From the NCBI GenBank assembly GCA_036918135.1, contig JBALDB010000032.1:1-64000 (forward strand): a DNA stretch of 64,000 nucleotides. The letters run 5' to 3'. Below, in pieces: positions 1-11,007 of the stretch. The DNA is from Nostoc sp. (GTDB lineage Bacteria; Cyanobacteriota; Cyanobacteriia; Cyanobacteriales; Nostocaceae). The position numbers and the translations under genes were made by a program. Every line of letters starts with the position of its first letter. Within the stretch, counting starts at the first letter, position 1. Under the pieces are notes generated by a model. It was not told the origin of the DNA and did not search any database. It worked only from the letters and a program-made list of their open reading frames with translations.

Positions 1-187
1 CCTATTTGCCTAAAAAACCCTCGATTGACATTTACCCAAAAGATTTGCCTGCACTACCTCCTACCATTTTTTAGTTCCGTCGAACTCACGTTAAGGTAAA
101 CTAATGAGTTGAAATTTAAGTCTACAGGCGCAGCTAGCTGTGATACCTTACCTATGGTTAAATTACCTGAAAATTGCTGTAATTGTT

Positions 188-508
188 ATGAAAAGTTACC
201 GAGTGCAACTTGTTAATCGTCACAACTTGGTTATAGAGGTGGCAGAAAATCAGTATATATTAGATGCTGTAGAAGCTACGGGTTTGCGCTTACCGGTGGG
301 TTGCCGATACGGTGCTTGCATCACTTGTGCAGCGCGTCTAATTGAGGGTAAAGTCGATCGCTCTGGGGCGATCGCACTCAAATCTGCACAAGAAGCAATG
401 GGCTATGTTTTGCTTTGCATTGCCTATCCGCGCTCAGATTGCAAGTTTGAAGTGGGTGTAGAGTGCCAAGATCGACTTTACATCAATCCGTTTAAAGGTA
501 GTCGCTGA
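188..508 (+). CDS. Plant-type 2Fe-2S ferredoxin
   Basis: CRYGACITC...LLC motif; ATG at 188 preferred over the upstream GTG. Confidence 0.9.
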   Translation: MKSYRVQLVNRHNLVIEVAENQYILDAVEATGLRLPVGCRYGACITCAARLIEGKVDRSGAIALKSAQEAMGYVLLCIAYPRSDCKFEVGVECQDRLYINPFKGSR

Positions 509-538
509 GATTACAGTCTTTTAAGGAACTTTAAGAAA

Positions 539-688
539 TACAGCAGATTGCAAGTAAGTGAGGTAAAAATCCAGGACTGATTTATCAAATATAAAGAGTT
601 TCTACCTCTTCCCTCCTGCCTCCAGCAAGAACTGCCTTCTGCCTCAAAACCCCTAACTTTATACTTCATGCAAATGAAAACTGCTGTA
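539..688. mobile_element. MITE-like element with TACAGCAG...CTGCTGTA ends
   Basis: Inverted termini at 539-546 and 681-688 with internal CTGCCTY heptamers; same termini at 11765-11899. Confidence 0.55.
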
Positions 689-855
689 AATTATCTGTTT
701 TGAAGTTGCCAATTGTTTAGTGTGAACAACGGAATATTTTTTATTTGTCAGTCCTTGAAGCGGGGCGCTCAACATTTATATTCAAAATTGGGAAGAATAA
801 AGTCTGGTGAGATTACACAAGCAACTGTAATTCATAAAATGAGGCTTTAATCCCT

Positions 856-2355
856 ATGAGTTCTGATTTTCAACCCCCACCAAAAAGCTTATCCATACTG
901 GCTTCTGTAGGAGGAATAGTAACTGCTGTGATCGCCATCGCTGGTTTTAATTTTTGGTCTGGACAACTTTCTCAAACTTCCCGACAAAAACCTCAAATAT
1001 CAACTCAAACTACTTCTGGGCAGTTATTACAACCAAAGGAACCCATACAGAGTACTCCTTTTGCTGCTCAAGAAACTGAAACAATTGCTAATCTTGACGC
1101 TACATCTGTAGTTTCACCTGGTGAACCGATTGCTAACAACCAATTAACAATAGCTATCACTCCTTATGTTGCTCCTGGTGCAGGCTCATTAACAAAAGAA
1201 GAAATCGCAACTGCTCGTCAGGCTTGGTCATACTTCCAGCGTAACTGGAATCAAGAAACTGGCTTAGTTAATTCTGTTGATGGCTTTGCCTCCGTGACTA
1301 TGTGGGATCAGGCAGCAGCGATCGCCGCTTTAGTTAGTGCTAGAGAACTCAATATCGTGCCTGCGGCTGAATTTGAAGCCAAAATGAGCAAAATGTTGAA
1401 AACATTGGCATCTGTGCCGTTATACAAAGAAGAACTACCCAACAAAGTCTATAATTCAAAAACTCTCATCCCTGTTAATTATGGTCAACTAGAAAAACGC
1501 GAAGAAATTGGTTGGTCTGCTATTGATTTGGGGCGGATGGCAATGTGGCTGAAGATTGTTGGTGCAAAGTATCCTCAGATGCGATCGCTCTCTAATGATG
1601 TTTGGAAACATTGGCAAGTCAAGCGTCTGACCAAAAATGGGCAAATGTACGGTACTAGTGTTATTGAAGGCAAAGAACAGTACAACCAAGAAGGTCGCTT
1701 GGGCTATGAGAATTATGCTGCCTATGGTCTGAAGCTTTGGGGCTTAAATGTTAACAAAGCCTTGGATTATCAGTCTCATACTGCTTTTGTCAATCTTTAC
1801 GGACAAGGAATTCCTTACGACGAACGTGACTATAAAAAATCTCAAGCTAATAACTATGTTCTCAGTGAACCCTATATTTTAGATGGTATCGAAACTGGGT
1901 TTCAAGCTTTGCCTAAAGCCTATGCTGATAGAATTTTAGCTGCTCAAGAATCTCGCTATCAAGCGACAAAACAATTAACTGCCGTCACCGAAGACAACTT
2001 GGATCGCCCTCCCTATTTTGTTTACAGCAGTTTATTTGTCAATGGAGAACCTTGGGGTACTATTACAGACACTCGACAACAGCGTAATGATTTGCGCTTT
2101 TTAAGTGCTAAGGCAACGGTAGGCTGGCATGTGCTTTATAACACTGCTTACACACGCAAGTTATTCGATTTTGTCCAAGCTAACCTCAAGTCAAAAGATG
2201 GTTGGTATAACGGTTTTTATGAATCTCTGCGTCAGCCGAATAAAACTCTGACAGCCAATAATAATGGCGTGATTTTAGAGAGTCTGCTGTACAAGCAAGT
2301 CGGACAACCGCTTAGTGTTTGGGCAGGAGTTAACAAAAGTAACAAATCAAATTAA
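856..2355 (+). CDS. DUF3131-family membrane-anchored protein (putative glycoside hydrolase-like)
   Basis: N-terminal TM; ARQAWSYFQRN, TMWD, LPNKVYN, QEGRLGYENY motifs. Confidence 0.75.
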   Translation: MSSDFQPPPKSLSILASVGGIVTAVIAIAGFNFWSGQLSQTSRQKPQISTQTTSGQLLQPKEPIQSTPFAAQETETIANLDATSVVSPGEPIANNQLTIAITPYVAPGAGSLTKEEIATARQAWSYFQRNWNQETGLVNSVDGFASVTMWDQAAAIAALVSARELNIVPAAEFEAKMSKMLKTLASVPLYKEELPNKVYNSKTLIPVNYGQLEKREEIGWSAIDLGRMAMWLKIVGAKYPQMRSLSNDVWKHWQVKRLTKNGQMYGTSVIEGKEQYNQEGRLGYENYAAYGLKLWGLNVNKALDYQSHTAFVNLYGQGIPYDERDYKKSQANNYVLSEPYILDGIETGFQALPKAYADRILAAQESRYQATKQLTAVTEDNLDRPPYFVYSSLFVNGEPWGTITDTRQQRNDLRFLSAKATVGWHVLYNTAYTRKLFDFVQANLKSKDGWYNGFYESLRQPNKTLTANNNGVILESLLYKQVGQPLSVWAGVNKSNKSN

Positions 2356-2385
2356 GCCAGTCGCCTGACGAAAAGAATCGAACAC

Positions 2386-2408
2386 AGCCCCCGGATTTAT
2401 CCGTGGGG
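2386..2408. repeat. IS200/IS605-end-like hairpin
   Basis: AGCCCCCGGATTTATCCGTGGGG imperfect palindrome. Confidence 0.5.
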
Positions 2409-2570
2409 TGATCGCTGATTTTCTTCCACAACAGCCAAAAATATAGATTCCGCTTGCTGCTCTAACAGCCAACTTTCATCAGCTTGGTAAAATTGAGAGC
2501 CTAATCCCGCGTTTGCTTTTGATATCAAGGCTTGCGTTTGTGCATTGTTTGTGAAATACTACTTTCAAAA

Positions 2571-2596
2571 TACGGTAAATCGATAGATATTAAGTA
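2571..2596. promoter_or_regulatory. Putative sulfur-regulon operator, copy 1
   Basis: TACGGTAA-ATCGATAGAT-ATTAAGTA, 59 bp upstream of the DLH-ssuA-ssuD unit. Confidence 0.6.
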
Positions 2597-2655
2597 TTTT
2601 ATTAAATTTACCATCAAAAACGAAACTAAAAGCGGTTGGAAGCTAATCTCAAACG

Positions 2656-3411
2656 ATGACAAACACAGAAATTCGCACTACTCAGGTTAAAGTCCCCAAC
2701 GGTGATTTACAAATCGACGCTTACTTAGCGTCACCGACACAAAAAGGAACTTTCCCAGCTGTGATTGTGATTCAGGAAATCTTTGGGGTAAATATACACA
2801 TTCGGGAAGTTGCTGAGAAATTTGCAAAACTTGGGTATGTAGCTATCGCTCCAACTTTATTTCAACGCACTGCTCCGGGTTTCGAGGCTGGATACAATCC
2901 TGAAGATATTGAAAAAGGGAGACAATATAAGCAGCAAACTAAAGCCGAGGAAATATTGAGTGATATTCAGGCTGCGATCGCTTATTTGAGAACTTTAGCA
3001 AATGTGCAAGGGGATGCGATCGGTTCCATTGGTTTCTGCTTTGGTGGTCACGTCGTTTACTTAGCTGCCACATTACCAGATATTAAAGTTACAGCTTCCT
3101 TTTATGGTGGTGGAATTACAAACTCAACTCCCGGCGGTGGAGAACCAACCATCACCCACACTCCTGATATTAAAGGCCCCATCTATGCATTCTTTGGTCT
3201 CGAAGATCAAGGAATTCCTTTAGAAGACACAGAACAGATTGAAGCGGAATTAAAGAAATATCAGATTCCCCATGCTATCTTCCGCTACGAGGGAGCAGGA
3301 CATGGTTTTTTCTGCAACCATCGCGCTAGCTATAATCCCGAAGCTGCTGCTGATGCCTGGAAAAACGTTGTAGAACTGTTCCAAAAGAATCTTCAGCTGC
3401 AAACTGTCTAA
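2656..3411 (+). CDS. Dienelactone hydrolase family protein
   Basis: QEIFGVN, GFCFGG nucleophile and AGHGF motifs. Confidence 0.92.
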   Translation: MTNTEIRTTQVKVPNGDLQIDAYLASPTQKGTFPAVIVIQEIFGVNIHIREVAEKFAKLGYVAIAPTLFQRTAPGFEAGYNPEDIEKGRQYKQQTKAEEILSDIQAAIAYLRTLANVQGDAIGSIGFCFGGHVVYLAATLPDIKVTASFYGGGITNSTPGGGEPTITHTPDIKGPIYAFFGLEDQGIPLEDTEQIEAELKKYQIPHAIFRYEGAGHGFFCNHRASYNPEAAADAWKNVVELFQKNLQLQTV

Positions 3412-3516
3412 ATCTCTGTGTTAGTAGGGTAGCACAGCTGTGCTACCCAATGAATTGTACGCCCCTAAAAATAAAAAATAAAAACATAAAATTATTAACC
3501 GAATAGTATTACCTTT

Positions 3517-4572
3517 ATGATTACTGCCTTCAAACAGCCACGAGTGAAAATTTTTCAACAGTTTTCACTATTCGTCTTGTCTGGATTATTAACAATCTCT
3601 ACCACCTTAGTTAGTTGCTCAGTCGAAACCCCAAAATCAGAAAATAAAACTACTGGTTTTCAAGCTAAAGTTGTTCGCATGGGATATCAAAGTTACGGAG
3701 ATATTGTCAGACTCAAAGGATTGATTGAAAAGCGTTTACAACCTTTAGGTGTTTCCGTAGAATGGGCGCAATTTGCCGCCGGCCCACAACTAATGGAAGC
3801 GATGAATGTGGGTAGAGTTGATATTGGTTCTGTAGGCGAAACTCCCCCAATATTTGCTCAAGCTGCTGGTACATCTTTAGTTTATATTGCTAGTAACAAA
3901 CCTAATACTGGTAAAGGAAGTGGCATCATAGTCCAAAATAATTCACTGATTCATACTTTAGCCGACCTCAAAGGCAAAAAAATAGTTTTTCAAAAAGGTT
4001 CTGCCTCCCATTATTTATTAATCAAAGCTTTAGAAGAAGCTGGTTTAAAATATAGTGATATTCAAGCCCTGAGTTTACCTCCCTCAGAAGCTCGTGATGC
4101 ATTTATTCAAGGAAAAATTGACGCCTGGGTTACTTGGGATCCTTATTTAGCAGTAGCAGAAAAAAAGGCAAATGCCCGTGTATTGAGAGATGCTAGCGGC
4201 ATTGCTACTCAAGGCGGATATTACATGGCAGCACGAAAGTTTACTACAGAAAATCCCAAATTAGTACGATTAATCCTTGAGGAAATAGATAACACAGGTC
4301 AATGGGCTGACAAAAATCGAGCGGAAGCTGTAAAACTTATTGCTCCTTACTTGAAACTTGATGAAGATATTTTAAAAACAATGGTTGAAAGGCGAAATTA
4401 CGGTTTAAGACCAATTACTCCAGAAATTATGCAAAATCAGCAAACAATTGCAGATTTATTTGCTAAAGAGAAAATAATTCCTAAATCTATTAATATTAAG
4501 GAAGCAATGCTGACTAATGAACAATATGCAGCTATCACACCGGAAACTATCAGTCAAAACAGTATTAGATAG
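3517..4572 (+). CDS. ssuA: Aliphatic sulfonate ABC transporter substrate-binding lipoprotein
   Basis: Lipobox LVSC; FAAGPQLMEA, GETPPIFAQAAG and WVTWDPY motifs. Confidence 0.9.
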   Translation: MITAFKQPRVKIFQQFSLFVLSGLLTISTTLVSCSVETPKSENKTTGFQAKVVRMGYQSYGDIVRLKGLIEKRLQPLGVSVEWAQFAAGPQLMEAMNVGRVDIGSVGETPPIFAQAAGTSLVYIASNKPNTGKGSGIIVQNNSLIHTLADLKGKKIVFQKGSASHYLLIKALEEAGLKYSDIQALSLPPSEARDAFIQGKIDAWVTWDPYLAVAEKKANARVLRDASGIATQGGYYMAARKFTTENPKLVRLILEEIDNTGQWADKNRAEAVKLIAPYLKLDEDILKTMVERRNYGLRPITPEIMQNQQTIADLFAKEKIIPKSINIKEAMLTNEQYAAITPETISQNSIR

Positions 4573-4777
4573 TAGGTATGTCTTAGAGATTGGGGACTGA
4601 GGAAGATGAGGAGAAGAATTAGAAACTTATAATTAAAAAATATTTCATCGCTTTGAAGGCTGGAGGCAGGAAGCAGGATAAGAAAAAGTCATTTTGATGG
4701 ATGTAAAATGAGATAATTTGTTTTTTAGAAGTCTCTTAATAACTAATAACAAAATTTAAATTCGGAACAGAGTGATT

Positions 4778-5914
4778 ATGGAAGTTTTTTGGTATTTACC
4801 TACACAGGGAGATGAGCGTTATTTAGGCACTACAATTGGCAGGCGTCCAGCAACTTATCCTTATATGCAGCAAATCGCCCAAGCTGTTGATAAATTGGGT
4901 TACGGCGGGATGTTAATTGGTACTGGACAAAAGCAGGATACTTGGATTGTAGCTAGTTCTTTAATTTCAGTTACCGAACGTTTGCGGTTTCTCGTAGCTT
5001 TTCGTCCAGCAATTATGTCACCTTCTTTAGCAGTGAGGATGGCTGCTACTTTTGACCAAATTTCTAATGGTCGAATTATTCTGAATGTGGTGACTGGTGG
5101 CGATACAAAAGAACTTGCTAAAGATGGAATTTTTCTAAATCATGACCAGCGTTATCAACTAACTGATGAATTTTTAACAATTTGGCGATCGCTGATGCAA
5201 GGAGATGAAGTCACATTCAATGGTCATCATCTGAAAGTTGAAGGTGCAAAACTGCAATTTCCTCCCGTACAAAAGCCTTATCCGACTTTATATTTTGGTG
5301 GTTCTTCCGATGCTGCTCTCCAAGTTGCTGCTAAACATATTGATGTCTATTTGACTTGGGGTGAACCACCAGCTCAAGTTGCCGAAAAGATTGCCAAGGT
5401 ACGCCGATTAGCAGCAGAACAAGGTAGAACTGTGCGCTTCGGGATTCGGATGCATGTTATAGTCCGAGAAACTACGCAACAAGCTTGGGATGCAGCCAAT
5501 GAACTGATTCAGTATGTAGATGATGAAACCATCGCTGCTGCACATCAGCGATTTGCTCAATCGGAATCAGAAGGACAACGGCGCATGGCACAACTACATA
5601 ATGGTACTCGCCAAAACTTAGAAATTAGCCCCAATTTATGGGCAGGTGTTGGCTTAGTGCGTGGTGGTGCTGGAACTGCTTTGGTAGGAGATGCAGATAC
5701 AGTTGCAGCGCGAATGTTGGAATATGCTGATTTAGGCATTGATACCTTTGTATTTTCAGGGTATCCCCATCTCGAAGAAGCCTATCGAGTCGCAGAATTA
5801 CTGTTTCCCCGCTTACCAGTGCAAACGCCAGCGATCGCATTACCGCAACAAGTTACAAGTACGTTTAGTGAATTTGTTACCAAAGCAGATTTACTCAAAC
5901 CACAGCCTGTTTAA
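4778..5914 (+). CDS. ssuD: FMNH2-dependent alkanesulfonate monooxygenase (divergent paralogue)
   Basis: [31 protein letters not shown] and [10 protein letters not shown] motifs. Confidence 0.88.
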   Translation: MEVFWYLPTQGDERYLGTTIGRRPATYPYMQQIAQAVDKLGYGGMLIGTGQKQDTWIVASSLISVTERLRFLVAFRPAIMSPSLAVRMAATFDQISNGRIILNVVTGGDTKELAKDGIFLNHDQRYQLTDEFLTIWRSLMQGDEVTFNGHHLKVEGAKLQFPPVQKPYPTLYFGGSSDAALQVAAKHIDVYLTWGEPPAQVAEKIAKVRRLAAEQGRTVRFGIRMHVIVRETTQQAWDAANELIQYVDDETIAAAHQRFAQSESEGQRRMAQLHNGTRQNLEISPNLWAGVGLVRGGAGTALVGDADTVAARMLEYADLGIDTFVFSGYPHLEEAYRVAELLFPRLPVQTPAIALPQQVTSTFSEFVTKADLLKPQPV

Positions 5915-6234
5915 ATGGGATTGGGCATTGATTATTAATTCTTCTAAATAGGAGAAAGAGAAAAACATGAGTGACCCTCAAGTGGCGATCGCCTAATACC
6001 ATTTTAGATTTTGGATTGGGAATCGCTTTCTAAATTTAGGGTTTATCAATGCATTTATCACAATCATTTTTCAAATTGATATAACTTCTGATAAAGCAAG
6101 TTTTGCAGCAAAAAGGCTCAAGCATTATTGCTTAAGCCATAATTAAATTCAATTTCTCATTAGCTCTATTTTCAACGCATGTCTAATTTGTATTGACCGA
6201 TTCATTCCAGTTAGATATCTGATTGGACTTTGGA

Positions 6235-7407
6235 TTAGTTTACGTACTTAAACACAGTTCCTTTATTAGAACTGCCCCCACTAGAGGCAGTACCGTAAAA
6301 TGTACCATTAGAAAGTTGAATTAGTGTAGAGTTCGGTGTTGCTCCATTCGTCCCATTAAAGCTAGATAGCAAAGTGATGGTTGCTCCACTCAATCGATAG
6401 ATAGCTCCTTTGTTGCTTGCACCACCTGTAGAAGCTGTACCATAGAAGTTACCATCACTTGCTTTGATCAGCGCTGCTGTAGGGTTGGCTCCATTCGTCC
6501 CATTAAAGCTAGCAACTAAAACTGGTGAGCCACCACCGAGTGGAATTTTAAATATAGCTCCTTTATTACTGGCTCCACCCAAGTATGTCGTGCCGTAGAT
6601 AAACCCACTTGATTCAATTAATCCAGATTGGGGACTTTGCCCATTAGTACCACTAAAGCTGTATGAAGTTATTACTCCTGCGGGAGTTAGCCTAAACACC
6701 ACACCTTTATTACTTGCCCCACCTGCAGAAGCAGTGCCATAATAGTTCCCATCACTTGCCAATTGCAATCTTGCTAATGGATTTGCTCCATTTGTGCCGT
6801 TGAAGTTGACTACAATTGTCGGCGTACCTCCAGTCAGGGGAACCTTAAATACAGTTCCTTTACCATTGACTCCACCTGCTGAGGTTGTCCCCCACAACCT
6901 ACCATCAGCACCGGAAATCAATCGACCTGCTGGCCCAGCTCCATTAGTGCTATTAAAGTTAAATAGTGTAGTCAAAGTTGTAAAAGTTGTTTTTGCCAGT
7001 TTAAATATTGTACCGAGGTCATTGGTACCACCTGTAGAGGTTACTCCATAAAAATTGCCATCACTTGCTTGAAATAATCTTGCGATCGGATTATTTCCAT
7101 TAGTGCCATTGAACTGAACCAGTGTAGTCAAAGCTGTAAAATTAGGAGCAGTTAATTTGAATGCTGTTCCCTTATTTTGCGAACCACCTGTGGAAGTTGT
7201 TCCATAAATATTGCCATCGCTTCCTAGAACCACACCCGCTTTTGGGCTAGCTCCATTAGTACCATTAAAATTTACAACGGTTGTTAATGTGCCAGCAAAG
7301 ACTTGTTGCGAGGGTAATACTATTGGAGACATCAAAACAGCTAACGATGTTAAAATCAACACTTTATTATTGTTTTGACGTTGTTTGCACAGATTGAGCT
7401 TGTTCAT
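6235..7407 (-). CDS. Secreted GloVer (Gloeo_Verruco) tandem-repeat protein, probable 7-bladed beta-propeller
   Basis: Signal peptide, then seven ~50-aa repeats F.GTNGA.P...SDG.FYGT...GG..NKG.VF. Confidence 0.85.
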   Translation of the reverse strand: MNKLNLCKQRQNNNKVLILTSLAVLMSPIVLPSQQVFAGTLTTVVNFNGTNGASPKAGVVLGSDGNIYGTTSTGGSQNKGTAFKLTAPNFTALTTLVQFNGTNGNNPIARLFQASDGNFYGVTSTGGTNDLGTIFKLAKTTFTTLTTLFNFNSTNGAGPAGRLISGADGRLWGTTSAGGVNGKGTVFKVPLTGGTPTIVVNFNGTNGANPLARLQLASDGNYYGTASAGGASNKGVVFRLTPAGVITSYSFSGTNGQSPQSGLIESSGFIYGTTYLGGASNKGAIFKIPLGGGSPVLVASFNGTNGANPTAALIKASDGNFYGTASTGGASNKGAIYRLSGATITLLSSFNGTNGATPNSTLIQLSNGTFYGTASSGGSSNKGTVFKYVN

Positions 7408-7602
7408 TTTTTAATCTCACCAAAATTTAGCAAATCCTGAATCTTTGCTCTCACAGGTTTTGTTATGACTAACGCTTTTAACACTAACTACTAAAACTAG
7501 GTACTAAAAATTAGTATCTTCTAGTTTGAAGTCACTGAAGACATGAACGAGTTTCTAACTACCTTTGAAAGAGATTTAGAAAGAAAGGTTATAATTAGTT
7601 CG

Positions 7603-7719
7603 TACCAATTCTCTATGAAGATGCGCCTTATTAAACCGCCCTGTAGTCTCTCCTTATCAAGGGAAGACAAGTTAGCCGGGAGGTAATAAAAGATATTGCA
7701 ACTTCACAAAGAAACGGTA
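7603..7719. repeat. Palindromic MITE-like repeat
   Basis: TACCAATTCTCTATGAAG and CTTCACAAAGAAACGGTA form imperfect inverted ends. Confidence 0.4.
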
Positions 7720-7930
7720 TCAGTAATAAAGCCTGTATTACCGCTGAAAGAGTAATTTAAGCGATACAACTTCTAATTTCGCTTCATAGATAGCATACTT
7801 CACAGTTTAAGTAATTGATGTCGCCATCAATACAAAAAAAATTAACTTTAAATTAACTCTGGTTAGAGAAAAAAGCTGATAACGTAATTTGCTACTCATT
7901 TTCTCAGATTTAATGTTGGCTAAAAATCAA

Positions 7931-8290
7931 TCATCCCAACTCAACATACTCAATAATTGTGCCATCAGGATGCATGGCTCGCATATTAACTCCAGTGGGG
8001 ACTTTGTTGGGTTCCGCCAGAATTACTGCACCTTGCTGAGTCAGTGCTTCTCGAAAATCATTGAGTGAGTCCACGAGAAATGTTGCGTGTGTATTTTTGA
8101 ATGGAGAGAGTGCTTCGGCTGAACCGGCAATTAAAAGAATAGAACCCACACCAGCGAGTTCCAACTCAGCTTCGGAATATTGAAACCACAACCAACATTT
8201 TTCTGTAAAGAGGTTTTCATAAAAAGCGATCGCCTCATCCAAGTCAATCGGACTAAGATAGACTCTAGTTAGTACTTTAAGAATTTGCAT
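7931..8290 (-). CDS. VOC/glyoxalase family protein
   Basis: AIAFYENLF...HPDGTIIEYVE pattern. Confidence 0.85.
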   Translation of the reverse strand: MQILKVLTRVYLSPIDLDEAIAFYENLFTEKCWLWFQYSEAELELAGVGSILLIAGSAEALSPFKNTHATFLVDSLNDFREALTQQGAVILAEPNKVPTGVNMRAMHPDGTIIEYVELG

Positions 8291-9091
8291 TACAACCTGT
8301 CTATTAGGCAGCTATTGTATTTGAGCCTGCTAAAAAATTCGGGTATTGCTCACCCAAAGGACTACCTTGGAAACCTGTCCAACGTAGTGCCCGTTTTCGA
8401 GTGCGGAATTGTTACTTTTAAAAAAGATGTTCAATGTGTTTACTTAGCTCAAGATAACCTTACTCGCTATTACTGAAAATGCATTTCATTTCTACACCTT
8501 TAGCCCTACCTCAGTCATCTGTATGGTTATTACGAATATATATACATGATTAAGCATCAGTACTTAATTTCAGTAGTAATGGCAAGCGCTAGCCCAAAAA
8601 CTTCGGCACAAATCCTGATGATTTCGTCAACTTACAAAAGTTTTCCAGCTACTGAATTTGATTTATATGGATATTTAGGTTGTCTAATTACTAGATTAAC
8701 TATTGAGTTTTAACATCTTAATAAATTTGTTTAAAGTTATTTGATATTTATCTCCAGCTATCCAAAATAAATTATTATTACTAGCCTCCTCAACCCACAA
8801 AGAAAGTTTTGGCAATGATGCAGCAGCAAATAATTTTTCTCTATGCTCGATTAGTGCTGTACTTAAGGACAATAAAACACCTTACAGATACTTAGATTTT
8901 TTTAGAAATTAAATTGGATTCTTATATTTATTAATTACAAGAAAAAAATTTGTTAAACTACATCCTACAACAAAGTCGCTCGCATCTGATAGACATGTTT
9001 ACCCATTCTTGAGTTAGGGTAACAGATGTGCTATAAAATAGCGATTGAGTCTAAGCTGGATCTTGACAGTCAATAGAAAGCCTAAAAATGT

Positions 9092-9203
9092 TTTAGCGAT
9101 CGCATTGGCTGGAGGATGGCTAATCAAAGCTGGATTTGGCTAGAAGATCCACAATATATATATTTCAACTCTTAAAGTTCATCTGCCTTGTTTGGAGTAG
9201 TAG
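9092..9203 (+). pseudogene. GUN4-like domain remnant
   Basis: Reads FSDRIGWRMANQSWIW, then after a frameshift in a TA run, STLKVHLPCL (compare GUN4 FGDRVGWR...PKGHLP). Confidence 0.45.
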
Positions 9204-9741
9204 GGATAGGGCATCAAAGAAGATATAATACTACTGATTTTGTCACAAAATTTAGAAAAAATTAATCTGCTTGTATTTAAGTAAGCGCTCAACTCATTCA
9301 CCTATACTTAAAACATAAAACTTAAAATATGTTTATTATTCTTAAAAAATTTGCAGAGATTTAGGTACGATAGATAGTTGATAAGCTGTTCGATATAAAA
9401 GTTGCATAATTAGGGCGGGCTTTTCCGCCCACGCTACAAGAGTTTGATTCAAGCAATTTCCAAGAAATAAATTACCCCAAATTTTATTTATACATTTGTC
9501 GGGACGCACAACTGTGCGCCGTGACGATGGAATGTTTTTTAATTGTCAGTCCCTAAGTCCGACGTTTACCAGCTTACATAAGTAAAACAGTGTGGAAAAA
9601 CAAAACTATGTTAAGAAAAATTAAATAGGCTTAAACCCTCTTTTCTCCTGACTTGAAAAAAGGTGTAGGGTGTGGGGTGTAGGGGATATTCCTTTTTCAT
9701 GCATAGCGGTGAAACTTGTTTCATCGGGACTGCCCTCTGCC

Positions 9742-9812
9742 GACGCTCTCTACGAGACGCTGCGCGTAGCTTGCTTCTCTGTAAGAGTACGCAGACTCGC
9801 TAACGCTGCGCT
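9742..9812. repeat. 71-bp composite small dispersed repeat
   Basis: 64/71 identical to 45662-45732 by manual alignment. Confidence 0.85.
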
Positions 9813-10034
9813 ATCCTGCCTCATCCCAACGATAAATATTCACACCGACCTAGTTATACAAAGCTTTTAGAATTCATTGGGATTCACTATTGATACTATC
9901 AAAACTTAATTGAATTATTAAACTTCTGTTAAACTTTCAAAATTATTACTCTCGATATATGCTAAGGTTAATTTCGTTATTTAGAAATAAGTTAAATTAA
10001 ATTATAGGTTGCTAACATTATCCCCAGGATCTTA

Positions 10035-10370
10035 ATGTTTGATTTCAACACCTTAACTGAGTTCTCTCGTTGCAACTGCGTGGCTATTTGTACATTTCTT
10101 GTGCCAGCAAATTTACTGTTTACAATTTTGACAATAGTTTTGACAGTATTACGTCGTCCATTGTATCAAGTCTGGCAATCTGCTGCGATCGCTTGCTTTT
10201 TCGCTTCCGTGATGATCTTGCACGTATATACTTGGTTTATGATTGGCGTGGTGATGGCTCCTACCTATATATTGATGTGGTTAGCAATCACCTGTTTACT
10301 GAGTAATTCAGCGGCAATTCTTTTTCATAGACGCTACGCTAACAGCCCTAGTTTTTCCAACAACGTCTAA
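10035..10370 (+). CDS. Small membrane protein, hypothetical
   Basis: Three hydrophobic segments; AGGA upstream. Confidence 0.7.
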   Translation: MFDFNTLTEFSRCNCVAICTFLVPANLLFTILTIVLTVLRRPLYQVWQSAAIACFFASVMILHVYTWFMIGVVMAPTYILMWLAITCLLSNSAAILFHRRYANSPSFSNNV

Positions 10371-10479
10371 TATTCAGAAGACTGTCATATTATTGTCATT
10401 TCTTAGTTGTCATTTGTTTATTCACTAATGAGCAATGCCCAATGACAAGAGATAGTCTTTTATTGTTATTTGAAGTTTA

Positions 10480-10902
10480 ATGAGTAAACCGATTGTTTGG
10501 GTACATGGAGACTGCCTCAGTCCATACAATCCTGCATTACAAGAATACCCAGATGCACTTGCCATCTGGGTTTGGGACGATGCTTTGATAGAAGAATGGC
10601 AATTGAGTCTCAAACGCTTGACATTTATTTACGAATGTTTGCTAGAGTTACCTGTTGTAATTCGTCGTGGGGATGTGGTACAGGAAGTTTTAGCTTTTGC
10701 TAAAGAACAAAAAGCCGACTTAGTAGTCACAGCAGACAGTCCCAGTCCCCGGTTTGATGATATCTGCAATCAAATTGAGCGTTCTATAAAAGTCGAAGTG
10801 CTAGAGGTGGAACCATTTTTTGATTATGATGGCTATATTGATTTGAAGCGGTTTTCCCGGTATTGGAAAGTGGCTCAAAATTATGTTTTTGTTGACGGTT
10901 GA
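10480..10902 (+). CDS. Conserved protein resembling a photolyase N-terminal domain
   Basis: IVWVHGDCL, KRLTFIYECLLEL and RFSRYW motifs. Confidence 0.75.
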   Translation: MSKPIVWVHGDCLSPYNPALQEYPDALAIWVWDDALIEEWQLSLKRLTFIYECLLELPVVIRRGDVVQEVLAFAKEQKADLVVTADSPSPRFDDICNQIERSIKVEVLEVEPFFDYDGYIDLKRFSRYWKVAQNYVFVDG

Positions 10903-11007
10903 CGGTTGAGTGATGATAGCCATTTGTTTCAACTTTTGAAACCACTAAGGGCGCACTGTTAACACTCAACACTCAACACTCAACTTGTAAGGGTGGGATG
11001 AGCTGAT

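Noticed and set aside
9670..9870. ORF sharing DALYETL..ACFSVRVR.LANAAL with ORF 45575-45904
   Set aside because: The shared peptide is only the translation of the 71-bp DNA repeat, not a protein family
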